A stretch of DNA of 64,000 nucleotides from Dehalococcoidia bacterium (lineage in GTDB: Bacteria > Chloroflexota > Dehalococcoidia > Bin125): contig OZ241962.1 of assembly GCA_965203995.1 (NCBI GenBank), positions 971,463-1,035,462 of the forward strand, read 5' to 3'. Positions 41,205 through 51,478 of the stretch are shown here, one piece after another; the stretch's first letter is position 1, and every line of letters begins with the position of its first letter. The notes beneath the pieces are model-generated. The model was not told where the DNA came from and made no database searches. It saw only the letters and a program-made list of their open reading frames with translations. A program made the translations under genes and the position numbers.

Positions 41205-41666
41205 TCACTCCATCGCGTCGATCGCAGCCTGCGCTTCCTCGCTGCTGACGACTGTTACCTCCTGGTGGAACCACCAGTTGCCGCCCTCGGGATCGACGGC
41301 GCGGTAGGTGCGGTCGCCGTAGAACTGATCCTCGGGCTCCTGCAGGATCGTCGCGCCTTCGGCCGCGGCCTGGGCGTGATGCGCGTCGACGTCGTCGACG
41401 TAGACCATCACGCTCGCGTGCAGGTGCGGCAGCCGGCCGGGACCGCCGAGTCCGCCCTCCGGATAGGCCGTGGCCAGCGTCACCTCTTCGCCGCCGTAGA
41501 CCAGTGAGGCGTGGCCGACGCTGCCGTCGGGCATGTCGAGACGAAAGCGCTCTTCGAATCCAAAGGCGCGGCAGAGGAACTCGATGATCGCCGGCGCATC
41601 GTCGTAGGAAAGCGCTGGGACGATTCGCTGTCGTCGCCCGGCGCTCAGGTCAGGTTGTTCCGCCAT
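41205..41666 (-). CDS. VOC/glyoxalase/bleomycin-resistance family protein 4
   Basis: PALSYDDA...AFGFEE, VYVDDVDAH, DQFYG, DPEGGNWWF. Confidence 0.9.
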   Translation of the reverse strand: MAEQPDLSAGRRQRIVPALSYDDAPAIIEFLCRAFGFEERFRLDMPDGSVGHASLVYGGEEVTLATAYPEGGLGGPGRLPHLHASVMVYVDDVDAHHAQAAAEGATILQEPEDQFYGDRTYRAVDPEGGNWWFHQEVTVVSSEEAQAAIDAME

Positions 41667-41670
41667 TGTG

Positions 41671-42132
41671 TTACTCCCTTGAATCCATGTCGGCCATCGC
41701 TGCGGCCATTTCTTCCGGCGTTACGTCGCGCACGTGCTGGTGGAAGTCCCAGCCGACGCCCTCCGGATCGACCGCGCGGTAGGTGCGGTCGCCGTAGAAC
41801 TGGTCGGCGGGCTCCTGCGTAATCTCGGCGCCGGCCGCGCGCGCCCGTTCGCAATGCGCGTCGAGATCGTCCACATAGACGACCACCTGCGCGTGGACGC
41901 CGCCGAGCGCCTGCGGGCTGCTCAGGCCGATCTCGGGGAAGGCGCTGGCGAGCATCAGCGTCTCGCCGTTCATCTGCAGTTCGCAGTGTCCGACCGTGCC
42001 GTCGGGCATCTCCAGCAACAGCCCTTGCTCGAAGCCGAAGGCGGTCTTGAGAAACTCGATCACGGCCGGCGCGTCGGCGTAGCTCAGGTAGGGCAGGATG
42101 CGTTGGCTGCCCTCCGGTGGGTTCTGGACCAT
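41671..42132 (-). CDS. VOC/glyoxalase/bleomycin-resistance family protein 3
   Basis: PYLSYADA...AFGFEQ, VYVDDLDAH, DQFYG, DPEG; start 42132. Confidence 0.9.
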   Translation of the reverse strand: MVQNPPEGSQRILPYLSYADAPAVIEFLKTAFGFEQGLLLEMPDGTVGHCELQMNGETLMLASAFPEIGLSSPQALGGVHAQVVVYVDDLDAHCERARAAGAEITQEPADQFYGDRTYRAVDPEGVGWDFHQHVRDVTPEEMAAAMADMDSRE

Positions 42133-42161
42133 GGTTGCCGCCTTTCGTTGCGGTGTGCGTG

Positions 42162-42626
42162 CTAGTCCCGGTCGCTGGCGATCTTCAGCATCTCGGCCGC
42201 CGACTCGTGATCCGGCACCTGCCTGAGCTGCTGCTGGAAGGTCCAACGATGACCCTCGAGGTCCTGGACCCAATAGTTGCGCGCGCCCCAGAACTGGTCC
42301 GCCGGCTCGGCCAGGATGTCGGCGCCCTCGGCCTGCGCACGGGCGAAGTGCGCGTCGACATCGTCCACGTAGACCGTGATCTGTTGATGCAGTGCCGCTA
42401 ACTCGCTGGGCGACTTGGTGCCCGCTTCGTCGAACGGCGAGGCGAGCATGATCTGCTCGCCGTTGAAGCTGAGCGCGGCATTGCCGATGCGGCCGTCGCC
42501 GACCTCCATCCTCCGAATCTCCTCGAACCCGAACACGCGGCAGAGCCATTCAATCGCCGCCGGCGCATCCGCATAAGTGAGCGCCGGCACGATGCGCTGA
42601 TGACCCAACTCCCCGTAGTCCGCCAT
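42162..42626 (-). CDS. VOC/glyoxalase/bleomycin-resistance family protein 2
   Basis: PALTYADA...FGFEE, VYVDDVDAH, DQFWG, DLEGHRWTF; start 42626. Confidence 0.9.
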   Translation of the reverse strand: MADYGELGHQRIVPALTYADAPAAIEWLCRVFGFEEIRRMEVGDGRIGNAALSFNGEQIMLASPFDEAGTKSPSELAALHQQITVYVDDVDAHFARAQAEGADILAEPADQFWGARNYWVQDLEGHRWTFQQQLRQVPDHESAAEMLKIASDRD

Positions 42627-42680
42627 CGCGTGCCCCACATCCTCGAGTCCTCGGATCGCGCAATCGCGATCTACGGTAGC

Positions 42681-42692
42681 GCATATATGTTC
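42681..42692 (-). promoter_or_regulatory. LexA-type box GAACATATATGC upstream of VOC 2
   Basis: Partial match to GAAC-N4-GTTC followed by TACCGT -10 on the minus strand. Confidence 0.45.
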
Positions 42693-42720
42693 GGATAGGC
42701 AAGCGGTTCGGGATATGCCC

Positions 42721-43203
42721 TCACCACCTGAGCAACTCTTTCCGGACTTCCTCCTGGGGCACCGACCGGATCCGCTCGAAGAAGCTCCACCAGTGGCCTT
42801 CCAGGTCCAGCGCGTGATACTCGCGCAGACCCCAGAACTGGTCGTCGAGCGGCAAGATGATCCCGGCTCCTTCGGACACCGCGCGTTCGTAGTGCGCGTC
42901 GACATTGTCGACCCGGACGTGAATCCGCGAGATCGAGTACGCGCCCGGCTTGGCGGCTCGGTTGACGTACTGCTCCAGCCTGGACGAGAGCATCACGACC
43001 TGGCCGTCCAGCGAGAGCGCGGCGTGGGCGACCCGGCCGTCGGGGATCGACAGGACCTCGTCGGGAGTGAACCCGAACGCGCGGCCGAGCCAGTCGATCG
43101 CCTCGGGAGCGTGCTTGTAGATCAGGTAGGGGAACACGCCCTGGCGGTCGACTTCCGCTTCGACGGCGGTCCGTTCCCGGCTCACGACTTGTGCATCGAC
43201 CAT
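42721..43203 (-). CDS. VOC/glyoxalase/bleomycin-resistance family protein 1
   Basis: PYLIYKHA...AFGF, VDNVDAH, DQFWG, DLEGHWWSF; start 43203 or 43221. Confidence 0.88.
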   Translation of the reverse strand: MVDAQVVSRERTAVEAEVDRQGVFPYLIYKHAPEAIDWLGRAFGFTPDEVLSIPDGRVAHAALSLDGQVVMLSSRLEQYVNRAAKPGAYSISRIHVRVDNVDAHYERAVSEGAGIILPLDDQFWGLREYHALDLEGHWWSFFERIRSVPQEEVRKELLRW

Positions 43204-43230
43204 GTCATTGCCCTTTCCCATTGCAAGATC

Positions 43231-43242
43231 GAGCAGGTGCTC
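43231..43242 (-). promoter_or_regulatory. palindrome GAGC-N4-GCTC (LexA-type) upstream of VOC 1
   Basis: Symmetric variant of GAAC-N4-GTTC, five nt before TGCAAT. Confidence 0.4.
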
Positions 43243-43403
43243 TGGGATCGAATGTAGTGGGCTGTTCCGCCGGTCAATTCGTGAGTCGAATCACAAGTTC
43301 ACAAGGTCTCAGACAGCATGTAACCCACTTGCCGCTTCGCGTCCGCCGTCTCACCGAAGTGATGAATCGAAGACATCAGCGCGTCGCCACCACTCACCTG
43401 CGA

Positions 43404-45563
43404 TCACTCGGACTGCCCGCCGACGCCCAGGAACTCCAGAATGCCCGCGGCGACCGCCTGAGCGATCACCTCGCGCGCGTCGGGATCGCGCAGAATCCGC
43501 GCGTCGCGCTCGTGGGAGACGTACAACAGCTCCAGCAGCGTTGTCGGCATCAGGTTGCCGCGCACGATCTTGCCCGGCCCGATCTGCGTCTCGCGCCGGA
43601 TCAGGTCGATCGGCGGCTCGCCGACCGTGATGTCGTTGCGCCAGAGCCAGTCGTTCTCGGCCGCGCCGTAGGGGTCCAGCGACAGGCCCAGCTCGGCCGG
43701 GTCAATGCCCCAGCGCCGCGCCGCATCGGCGTCGATCTGCAGGAACGGCGCCAGCACGTAGATCGGATCGCAGGCGCCGTTGACCACTTCCCAGCAGGAC
43801 GCGTCATAGGTCAGGCTGGTCGTCCGGTATCCGTACTCGGCCAGCGCCTCCTCCACGTGCGCCAGGAGCGTCTCCGAGAGCCGCAGGTTGGCTCCGTCTC
43901 CGTTCCAGCGCGGCATGTACCACGCCTCGAGGCCGTTGATCGGGAAGAGGTAGTTGGCGTTCGAGTGAATGGAGACGAAGACGTCCGCCCTGGCCAGGTG
44001 CGCGAGTTCCGCCCGAGCCTGGTAGTCGGGACGCCAGAAGGCGCGGTCCAGATTCAGATAGGGCCGGCCGCCGGACCGTCGCGTCTGCACGACCGTAATG
44101 CCGCGCGCTTCCAGGATCTCCTCGATCCGCAGGGCAAAGGCCAGGTTCGAGTCGGCCTCGCGCACGCCGTGGTCCCAGGCGCCGGACTCCACGCCGTGTC
44201 CGGCGTCGAGCGCAACCACGATCGCGTCGTCGTCGAGGTCGGCCACCACGCCGGCGGCCCTGAGCTCCCGCTGCCAGCGCGGATCCTCGGAGCCGGTGCG
44301 TTCGCGCTGGAACCAGGGTTCCGGCAGCGCCGGCGGCGGGTGAGGCACCTGCAGGAGCCTCGGCCGGGAGAGCGTCCACTGTTCGTCCGAGTTCTTGACG
44401 CTGGCCTGCCAGCGAATCTGCTCGTTTGCGGTGCGGCCCTGCCACGCCAGCACGAGCGTGTCGAAGCCGCGAGCCGCCACATGGGCGCTCGAGATCCAGC
44501 GGCCCTGGGCGAACGACCAGACCGACATCCGCCGCCCGTCGTTGGATCGCAGCAGGTACTCCCACTCCTGCTCGTCGCCGACGCCGGGATCGGTGTCGAT
44601 CCAGACGCGCAGCCCGCTGTTCGTCCGGATCGGTCCCCAGCTTCCCTGGATTCCGAACTCTGCGCCGCCGCTCGTCGACCAGGCTGCGATCGATTCGATC
44701 TGCAACTCCGACGCGTCGTCGGCAGGAAGTCGGACGACCGGCTCCGGCTCCGATCCCCAGCGCGTGACGCCGAAGGCGTAGCTGCCCTGCATCCAGGTCT
44801 CCCGGCCCCTGATCGCGAGCACCGCCAGACCGCTCTCCCCGACTTCGACCACGTCGCTGAACGCCTCCGCCTTGGTTCCCAGATCGCGGAACGACTCCGC
44901 CGCCGGTTCCCGCAGCGCCGCCGAGATCGCCGACACCGATCCGGTCAGCGACCAGACCAGGTAACGATTGCCGGCCGCTATCGGGATCGCGAACCAGTCG
45001 ACATCGCCCGGAGCGTCGATGGCCGACCGCTCGATCAGCGTGCCGTCGTCGGCAAACGACGACAGCCGCGCCGTCGCCAGGTTGGCGCCGATCGCGTCCG
45101 CGTGCGGCTGGATCGTCAGCCGGTACTGGCCGACGGCGCCATTCAGCCCGACCACTCGAGCCCGCCAGGCCCCGCTCTCCGGGGCCGTCCAGATCAGCGG
45201 GACCCCCTCGCTGGTCCAGCGCGCCGCCAGTTGCGCCGGCTCGCCGTCGTGCGCTGGCTTCCAGATCGACAGCTCGGCCGCCGGCAGCGTCAGCCGTTGC
45301 AGCGTCAGCGAGAAGGTCTGCTCGGCCAGCGCGAACAGCGGGTACCAGTCCGCGTCCTGCGCATCGCCGATCTCGCCCTCGCGCACCATCGCTGTGGACG
45401 ACTGAGCCGATGCCCGCTCTTGCCCGCCGAACCATCCCGGCGCCGCGCCCGACGCCGCCAGGCAGACCAGGCCGACCGCGCAGACCAGCGCGAGCCTGCC
45501 CAGCCGCGCTCTGGACGGCTGCTGCCGCTCAATCGCTCGCCTCGTGATCATGCTGCCGGACAC
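43404..45563 (-). CDS. exported N-acetylmuramoyl-L-alanine amidase (Amidase_3) with N-terminal PPC-like beta domains
   Basis: ALDAGHG, EADSNL, VSIHSNA, LLELLYV catalytic motifs; signal peptide; two D-x-DW(Y/F) modules; TAGGAT six nt before GTG. Confidence 0.8.
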   Translation of the reverse strand: MSGSMITRRAIERQQPSRARLGRLALVCAVGLVCLAASGAAPGWFGGQERASAQSSTAMVREGEIGDAQDADWYPLFALAEQTFSLTLQRLTLPAAELSIWKPAHDGEPAQLAARWTSEGVPLIWTAPESGAWRARVVGLNGAVGQYRLTIQPHADAIGANLATARLSSFADDGTLIERSAIDAPGDVDWFAIPIAAGNRYLVWSLTGSVSAISAALREPAAESFRDLGTKAEAFSDVVEVGESGLAVLAIRGRETWMQGSYAFGVTRWGSEPEPVVRLPADDASELQIESIAAWSTSGGAEFGIQGSWGPIRTNSGLRVWIDTDPGVGDEQEWEYLLRSNDGRRMSVWSFAQGRWISSAHVAARGFDTLVLAWQGRTANEQIRWQASVKNSDEQWTLSRPRLLQVPHPPPALPEPWFQRERTGSEDPRWQRELRAAGVVADLDDDAIVVALDAGHGVESGAWDHGVREADSNLAFALRIEEILEARGITVVQTRRSGGRPYLNLDRAFWRPDYQARAELAHLARADVFVSIHSNANYLFPINGLEAWYMPRWNGDGANLRLSETLLAHVEEALAEYGYRTTSLTYDASCWEVVNGACDPIYVLAPFLQIDADAARRWGIDPAELGLSLDPYGAAENDWLWRNDITVGEPPIDLIRRETQIGPGKIVRGNLMPTTLLELLYVSHERDARILRDPDAREVIAQAVAAGILEFLGVGGQSE

Positions 45564-45733
45564 GCGCTGATCCTAACGCTGAGCGGCGATTTGCCGGCTC
45601 CAATGTCTATCCGGCTGTCTGGCGCAATCGACGGCTATCCGATAGCCTCAGTACCGCTGCGCGAATGCGCGTGCCCAACTCAGGCATACACGCGGACCCG
45701 ATCAACGGACCACGGGCCGCGACGGAGGATGAC

Positions 45734-46864
45734 ATGGACCTCGGACTGACTGAAGAACAGGAACTGCTGAAGAACTTCGCCCGCGACTTCCTCACCAACG
45801 AGTGCACGGAAAAGCTCGTCCGCGACATGGAAGAAGACGAGCGCGGCTACACCGACGACCTCTGGAACGGCATGGCCAACCAGGGCTGGATGGGCCTGAT
45901 CACCGCTGAGGAGCTCGGCGGCGCGGGCCTCAACTTCCTCGACCTCTGCGTGTTGCTGGAAGAGTTCGGCCGCGCACTGGTTCCGGGACCGTTCATCAAC
46001 ACCGTGCTCAGCTCCGGCCTCGTCGAGGCCGTCGGCAGCGACGCGCAGAAGCAGCAATACTGCAGCGCCGTCGCCGCCGGTCAGCACGTGATGACGCTCG
46101 CCCTGACCGAACCCTCGGCCCGCTTCGACAGCGACGGCGTCGAGGCGACCTGCGCCCCCGACGGTGACGGCTACGTGCTCAACGGCACCAAGCTGTTCGT
46201 GCCCGACGCCCACGTCAGCGACACGATTGTCGTGGTCGCCCGCGCGGCCGGCTCCGAGGGCGACGAGGGCGTCTCGATGTTCCTCGTGCCCGGCAACGCC
46301 GAGGGCCTCTCGACCACCGTCCTGCAGACCATCGCCGCCGACAAGCAGTGCGAAGTCACGCTGAACAACGTCCGCGTCGGCGGCGACGCGCTGCTCGGCC
46401 CCGAGGGCGGCGCCTGGCCGATCATCGAGATCGCCAAGCGCTACTACACCGTCGCCTACTGCGCGTACATGGTCGGTCTGGCCCAGCGCGACTTCGAGAT
46501 CTCGGTCGACTACGCCAAGGAGCGCATCCAGTTCGGCCGCCCGATCGGCTCCTTCCAGGCGATCCAGCACAAGGCCGCCGACATGATCACCGACGTCGAC
46601 GGCTCGCGCTTCATCATGTACCGCGCCGCCTGGGCCGTGACCGAGGGCGAAGACGACGCCGACCTGCAGGTCGCCATGGCCAAGGCCTGGTGCTCCGACG
46701 CGACTCGCCGCGTGGTCGCCCACGGCCAGCAGATCCACGGCGGCATCGGCTTCACCAAGGAGTACATCATCCAGCTCTACTTCCGCCGCCAGAAGATGGC
46801 CGAGCTGATGTGGGGCGACGCCGACCACCACCGCGAGAAGGTCGCCGATCTGCTCGGCATCTAA
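45734..46864 (+). CDS. acyl-CoA dehydrogenase family protein
   Basis: LALTEP, LNGTKLFV, RIQFGRPIGSFQAIQH, QIHGGIGFT. Confidence 0.93.
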   Translation: MDLGLTEEQELLKNFARDFLTNECTEKLVRDMEEDERGYTDDLWNGMANQGWMGLITAEELGGAGLNFLDLCVLLEEFGRALVPGPFINTVLSSGLVEAVGSDAQKQQYCSAVAAGQHVMTLALTEPSARFDSDGVEATCAPDGDGYVLNGTKLFVPDAHVSDTIVVVARAAGSEGDEGVSMFLVPGNAEGLSTTVLQTIAADKQCEVTLNNVRVGGDALLGPEGGAWPIIEIAKRYYTVAYCAYMVGLAQRDFEISVDYAKERIQFGRPIGSFQAIQHKAADMITDVDGSRFIMYRAAWAVTEGEDDADLQVAMAKAWCSDATRRVVAHGQQIHGGIGFTKEYIIQLYFRRQKMAELMWGDADHHREKVADLLGI

Positions 46865-46885
46865 ACCCGCATCGTCCGAACCGAC

Positions 46886-46917
46886 CAGAGGCGCTCTCCC
46901 GCGGGAGGGCGCCTCTG
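46886..46917. terminator. hairpin between convergent genes
   Basis: CAGAGGCGCTCTCCC-GC-GGGAGGGCGCCTCTG. Confidence 0.6.
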
Positions 46918-46971
46918 TCGTATGCGCGATGACAGTCGGCGGCGATGGCGCCGGCCGATGCTCGGAGACCG

Positions 46972-47196
46972 CTAGTCCGAGCCGTCCAGCCGCGATTTCT
47001 TGCGCAGGAACCACCAGCCGATCAGCAGCCCGGCCAGGCTCAGCCCGACCGCCACAGCGATCGCCGCGATCCAGGTCCAGAGCGGCGCGGCGTAGCGGCT
47101 GTGCGAGTCGGCCAGGGCCGGCGCGGTGACGGCCAGCCAGGCCGCCAGCGAGACGACCGCGGCTATCGGGCGGCCTATCCGATAGCCTCTGCTCAT
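46972..47196 (-). CDS. small membrane protein (signal-like segment, TM helix, basic tail)
   Basis: APALA-DSH cleavage-like site, hydrophobic helix, WWFLRKKSR; start uncertain. Confidence 0.4.
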   Translation of the reverse strand: MSRGYRIGRPIAAVVSLAAWLAVTAPALADSHSRYAAPLWTWIAAIAVAVGLSLAGLLIGWWFLRKKSRLDGSD

Positions 47197-47800
47197 GGCA
47201 CGCAGACGACGACGGCGGCACGCCGAGGCCCAGGAGCCCAACCAGCCAACCACTCGCTCCTCCATCGTGCGGCTCTCCTACCCCGATCAGGATACGTTGC
47301 GCCTGCGCACCTTCTGGTCGCCGCTGCCCAACTGGGCCTATGGCGCGATTCCCGGCGTGATCGCCGCCCTGATCGCGGTCGCCACGATCGGCGAAGGCGA
47401 CACGCTGGGCACGGCCGTGATCGGTCTCGCCGCCGGCTACTTCGGCGGCGGCATTCTCTGGGCCGTCCTCGGCGTCGTCGGCGGCGACGTCCTCGAAGTC
47501 GACTTCAACCTCTCCGACGATATGGCCCGCGTGCGGCAATCGGTGCTCTGGGTGATCAACCGCAACTGGGACTTCGATCTCTACGACGTCGAGTCGATCA
47601 CCATGACCGAGAAGCGCGCGCGTCCGCTGCTGCTCCAGTTCGGCGGGTCGCACAGCGCCCACGTCGCCTTCGCCGACGGCGGCCAGTTGCGCATCGGTCG
47701 CTTCCCCACCCACCAGGAAGCGCTCGACCTGGGCAAGGCGGTCTCCGAGTTTATCGGCGTGGACCTCGAACGGCCCGACGACCGCGGAGCCCGCAAGTGA
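47195..47800 (+). CDS. hypothetical membrane protein
   Basis: Two TM helices, host-like codon use, TAGCCT six nt before ATG, stop overlaps next start. Confidence 0.7.
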   Translation: MARRRRRRHAEAQEPNQPTTRSSIVRLSYPDQDTLRLRTFWSPLPNWAYGAIPGVIAALIAVATIGEGDTLGTAVIGLAAGYFGGGILWAVLGVVGGDVLEVDFNLSDDMARVRQSVLWVINRNWDFDLYDVESITMTEKRARPLLLQFGGSHSAHVAFADGGQLRIGRFPTHQEALDLGKAVSEFIGVDLERPDDRGARK

Positions 47801-48393
47801 CCGCGGTGCTGACGGATCCGCAGGAGATCCGGGGGGCATTCGCCGCCGAGATGGCCGACCGGCCGAAGAAGCTGCAACGACACGTCAAGCGCGTCGAACT
47901 CGGCGCCCGGCACCTCGCCGCCGTGCACGAACTCGACCGTGACGTCTGCGTCGCCGCCGCCGCCGGACACGACCTCTTCCGGCACTGCAGCGACGCCGAG
48001 CTGCTCGCCCTCTCCCGCCACTACCGCGTGCCCATCGGCCGCGATGAAGAGGACGCGCCGATCGTCCTGCACGGCCCCCTGGCCAGCGCCTACTCGCGCG
48101 ACGTGCTCGGCGTCGACCATGAGATCATCCTCGACGCCATCGCCTACCACACGACCGCGCATCCCGACTACTCCCCAGAGTCCCTGGCGGTGTTCCTGGC
48201 CGACAAGATCGACCCGAAGAAGGTCCAGGCCGATCCCGGACTCGCGGCCGTCGCGGCCGCCGCCGAGCAGGACCTGTACGCCGCCGCCGCGCTCTTCCTC
48301 GAACGGCGCCTCTCGGCCCAGCTCAACAGCGGCCGGCCGCTGCATCCGCTGGCGGTTGCCAGCCGCAACGCCTTCATGCGGCGCATGACATGA
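47797..48393 (+). CDS. yqeK: HD-domain YqeK-like Ap4A hydrolase
   Basis: HVKRV, GHDLFR, LHGP, YHTT, ADKID; GTG start 47797. Confidence 0.8.
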   Translation: MTAVLTDPQEIRGAFAAEMADRPKKLQRHVKRVELGARHLAAVHELDRDVCVAAAAGHDLFRHCSDAELLALSRHYRVPIGRDEEDAPIVLHGPLASAYSRDVLGVDHEIILDAIAYHTTAHPDYSPESLAVFLADKIDPKKVQADPGLAAVAAAAEQDLYAAAALFLERRLSAQLNSGRPLHPLAVASRNAFMRRMT

Positions 48394-49469
48394 CCACCGC
48401 GGACGAGGATCCGGGCGCACACAGCGACGAGGGCGCGGCCGTCGGACGCGTAATCGACGGGTCCGAGTCGGAACCAGATGTCCAGGATCGCGCCCTGCGC
48501 CCCTCGCGGCTCGAGGACTTCGTCGGCCAGGCGACCGTGCACGAGTCGATCCGGATCGCCGTCGACGCCGCCCGCGGGCGCGACGAAGCGCTCGACCACC
48601 TGCTGCTCTACGGACCGCCCGGACTGGGCAAGACGACCCTGGCGCGGATCGTCGCCCGCGAACTCGGCGTCAACCTGCGGCCGACCAGCGGCCCCGCGAT
48701 CCAGCGCGCCGGCGACATCGCCGCCATCCTCACCACCATGCAGACCCACGACGTGCTCTTCATCGACGAGATTCACCGCGTCCCGCGCTCGGCCGAGGAG
48801 GTGCTCTACTCGGCCATGGAGGACTTTCAGCTCTTCATGATGATCGGCAGTGGACCCGCCGCCCGCAGCGTCCAACTCTCGGTCAAGCCCTTCACCCTGA
48901 TCGGCGCGACCACACGCTACGCGATGATCTCGCCGCCCTTGCGCGATCGCTTCGGCATGGTCCAGCGGCTCGACTTCTATAACACCGCGGAACTCGAACA
49001 GGTCATCGTCCGCTCCGCCGACGCGCTCGAAGTCGAGCTGCAGCCCGCCGGCGCGCGCACGCTGGCCGAGCGCGCCCGCGGCACGCCGAGGGTCGCCAAC
49101 CGCTTGCTGCGCCGCGTGCGCGACTACGCCGAGGTCCGCGCCGACGGCGTCATCACCCGGCAAGTCGCGGACGAAGCGCTGCGCGGTCTGCGCGTGGACG
49201 AGCTCGGCCTCGACGAGCACGACCGCAACCTGCTGCGCTCCCTGATCGAGGGCTTCAACGGCGGCCCCGTCGGCCTCGACACGCTGGCCGCCTCGATCGC
49301 CGAGGACGCCGATACCGTCATGGACGTCTACGAGCCCTACCTGATCCAGCTCGGCTTCCTCGCCCGAACCCCACGAGGCCGCGTCGCCATGCCCGCCGCC
49401 TGGACTCACCTCGGTCTGACGCAGAGGAACTCGCCGCCCGACCAGGGAGCCCTGTTCGAGTCGGTCTAA
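48390..49469 (+). CDS. ruvB: Holliday junction branch migration ATPase RuvB
   Basis: [44 protein letters not shown]...TPRGR. Confidence 0.97.
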   Translation: MTTADEDPGAHSDEGAAVGRVIDGSESEPDVQDRALRPSRLEDFVGQATVHESIRIAVDAARGRDEALDHLLLYGPPGLGKTTLARIVARELGVNLRPTSGPAIQRAGDIAAILTTMQTHDVLFIDEIHRVPRSAEEVLYSAMEDFQLFMMIGSGPAARSVQLSVKPFTLIGATTRYAMISPPLRDRFGMVQRLDFYNTAELEQVIVRSADALEVELQPAGARTLAERARGTPRVANRLLRRVRDYAEVRADGVITRQVADEALRGLRVDELGLDEHDRNLLRSLIEGFNGGPVGLDTLAASIAEDADTVMDVYEPYLIQLGFLARTPRGRVAMPAAWTHLGLTQRNSPPDQGALFESV

Positions 49470-51478
49470 TCCAACGCCAGCGCCGGCTCGCTGGAATCCG
49501 CCCGCGATCCCGTCCCGTTCGTCCCGTTGCGGCCGTTCGCGCTCGTCCGCTCCCGCATCCGATCGAGCACCGCCAGCGCCGCCTCCTCGTCGAACTCCAC
49601 CGACTCCTGCGCCGCGTACATCATCCGGTAGAGCTTCGCGTAGTAGCCGTCGACCTGGAGCAGCTCCTCGTGCGTGCCCTGCTCCATGATCCGGCCGTAC
49701 TCCAGCACGATGATCCGGTCGACCGAGCGAATCGTCGACAGCCGGTGCGCAATCACGAACGCCGTCCGACCGCGCAGCACGCGCGCGATCGCCTGCTGGA
49801 TCAGCGCCTCGGTCTGCGAGTCCACGTTCGCCGTCGCCTCGTCCAGGATCAGGATGCGCGGATCGCTGAGGATCGCCCGCGCGAACGCCACGAGTTGTCG
49901 CTGCCCGATCGAGAGGTTCTGCGCCCGCTCCGCCAGCGGCGTGTCGTAGCTCTGCGGGAGACGCTCGATCCACTCGTCGGCGCCGACCACCCGCGCCGCG
50001 TCAATCGCCTGTTCGCGCGTCGCCCCGAGGTTGCCGTACATGATGTTGTCCAGCACCGTGCCCGAGAACAGGAACGGATCTTGCAGGACCACGCCCACCC
50101 GCTGCACCAGCGACGCCCGCGTGACCTCGCGCACGTCGTGCCCGTCGATCCGCACCGCGCCCTCGGTCACCTCGTAGTTGCGCGTGATCAGCGAGGTGAT
50201 CGACGTCTTGCCCGCGCCGGTCTCTCCGACCAGCGCGACCGTCTCGCCCGGCTGCACTTCCAGATCGAGGTCGAACAACACCCGCACGCCGTCGACGTAT
50301 TCGAGCGACACATTGTCGAAGTGGACGTGCCCCGCGATGTCCGGCAGATCCTCCGCGCCGGGCGAGTCTTCGATCTCGGGCTCGGTGTCGAGCACCTCGA
50401 AGACCCGCTCCGCTCCGGCCATCGCGCGCTGGAACATCGTGTACTGCAGCACCAGGTCGCGGACTGGGTCGAAGAACCGCTGGATGCCGATCGCAAACGC
50501 GATGATCGCCGCCACGCCGACCGCCTCCTCAAGATTCCCGCCGCTCAGACGCGCCGCCGCGACCACGATGATCAGCGCCGTCGCCAGCGCGATCAGGATC
50601 TCCACCAGCGGCATGATCGCCGCCGACAGCAGGCCGGCCCGACGAGTCGCGCGCAGGTTCCAGTTGTTGATCCGGTCGAAGCGCTTGGCGTTCTCCGACT
50701 CGCGGTTCAGACTCTGCACCACGCGGACCCCGTTCAGGTCCTCGTTCAAGGTCGAGTTCACGGCCGCAATCGCCACGCGCGTCTCCAGGAACGCCATCCG
50801 CGCCCGCTTGCTCCAGAACGCCATCGAAACGATCAGGATCGGCAGCACGGCAAACGCCACCAGCGCCAGTTGCCAGTCGATAAACAGCATCACCGCCATG
50901 ATGATCGCCAGGCCGAAGATGTCGCCGATCACCGTCAGCACGCCGGAGGTCAACATCTCCTGCAGCACCTGCACGTCCGACGTCACCCGGGACATGATCG
51001 CCCCGACTTCACCCCGGTCGTAGAAGCGGTGCTCCAGCTTCATCAGGTGATCGAACACTTCCTGGCGCATCCGTCTCAGAATCGGATGGCCCACATTCGC
51101 CATCAGCCATTGACGCAAGAACTCGGCGGCCCAGGAGACCAGCACGATCGCGCCAAAGGCAATCGCAATCCGGTCCAGCTCCGAGCGAATCCCGTTCTCC
51201 AGCGCGCCTTGCAGCGCCTGGTAGACCACCAGCACCTGGATGTTGAACGCCACCGCAAAAGACGCGTTGGCCACAATCGCCGCGGCCAGGCGCTTCTTGT
51301 GCGGGCCGATGTAGCGGCCGAAGCGGCGCACCAGCCGCGGATTGTAGAGCGAGCCGTATTCCTTGTCCCAGCCGTCGGCCATTGACGCCGACGACGCCCA
51401 GGCGCTGCGCGGACCGCTGCCGCCGCCGCCCAGGTTGGAGGTCCAGCCTCCGGCCATGCCGCCGCCCATCATGCCCAT
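49466..51478 (-). CDS. ABC exporter subunit (TMD + NBD)
   Basis: [29 protein letters not shown]. Confidence 0.93.
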   Translation of the reverse strand: MGMMGGGMAGGWTSNLGGGGSGPRSAWASSASMADGWDKEYGSLYNPRLVRRFGRYIGPHKKRLAAAIVANASFAVAFNIQVLVVYQALQGALENGIRSELDRIAIAFGAIVLVSWAAEFLRQWLMANVGHPILRRMRQEVFDHLMKLEHRFYDRGEVGAIMSRVTSDVQVLQEMLTSGVLTVIGDIFGLAIIMAVMLFIDWQLALVAFAVLPILIVSMAFWSKRARMAFLETRVAIAAVNSTLNEDLNGVRVVQSLNRESENAKRFDRINNWNLRATRRAGLLSAAIMPLVEILIALATALIIVVAAARLSGGNLEEAVGVAAIIAFAIGIQRFFDPVRDLVLQYTMFQRAMAGAERVFEVLDTEPEIEDSPGAEDLPDIAGHVHFDNVSLEYVDGVRVLFDLDLEVQPGETVALVGETGAGKTSITSLITRNYEVTEGAVRIDGHDVREVTRASLVQRVGVVLQDPFLFSGTVLDNIMYGNLGATREQAIDAARVVGADEWIERLPQSYDTPLAERAQNLSIGQRQLVAFARAILSDPRILILDEATANVDSQTEALIQQAIARVLRGRTAFVIAHRLSTIRSVDRIIVLEYGRIMEQGTHEELLQVDGYYAKLYRMMYAAQESVEFDEEAALAVLDRMRERTSANGRNGTNGTGSRADSSEPALALD

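Noticed and set aside
43191-45749. Very long alternative-frame ORFs (e.g. 43191-45749, 57695-60310, 21115-23697, 45680-47839, 7697-9736)
   Set aside because: Shadow ORFs of real genes in high-GC DNA; Arg/Gly/Ala-rich with no motifs
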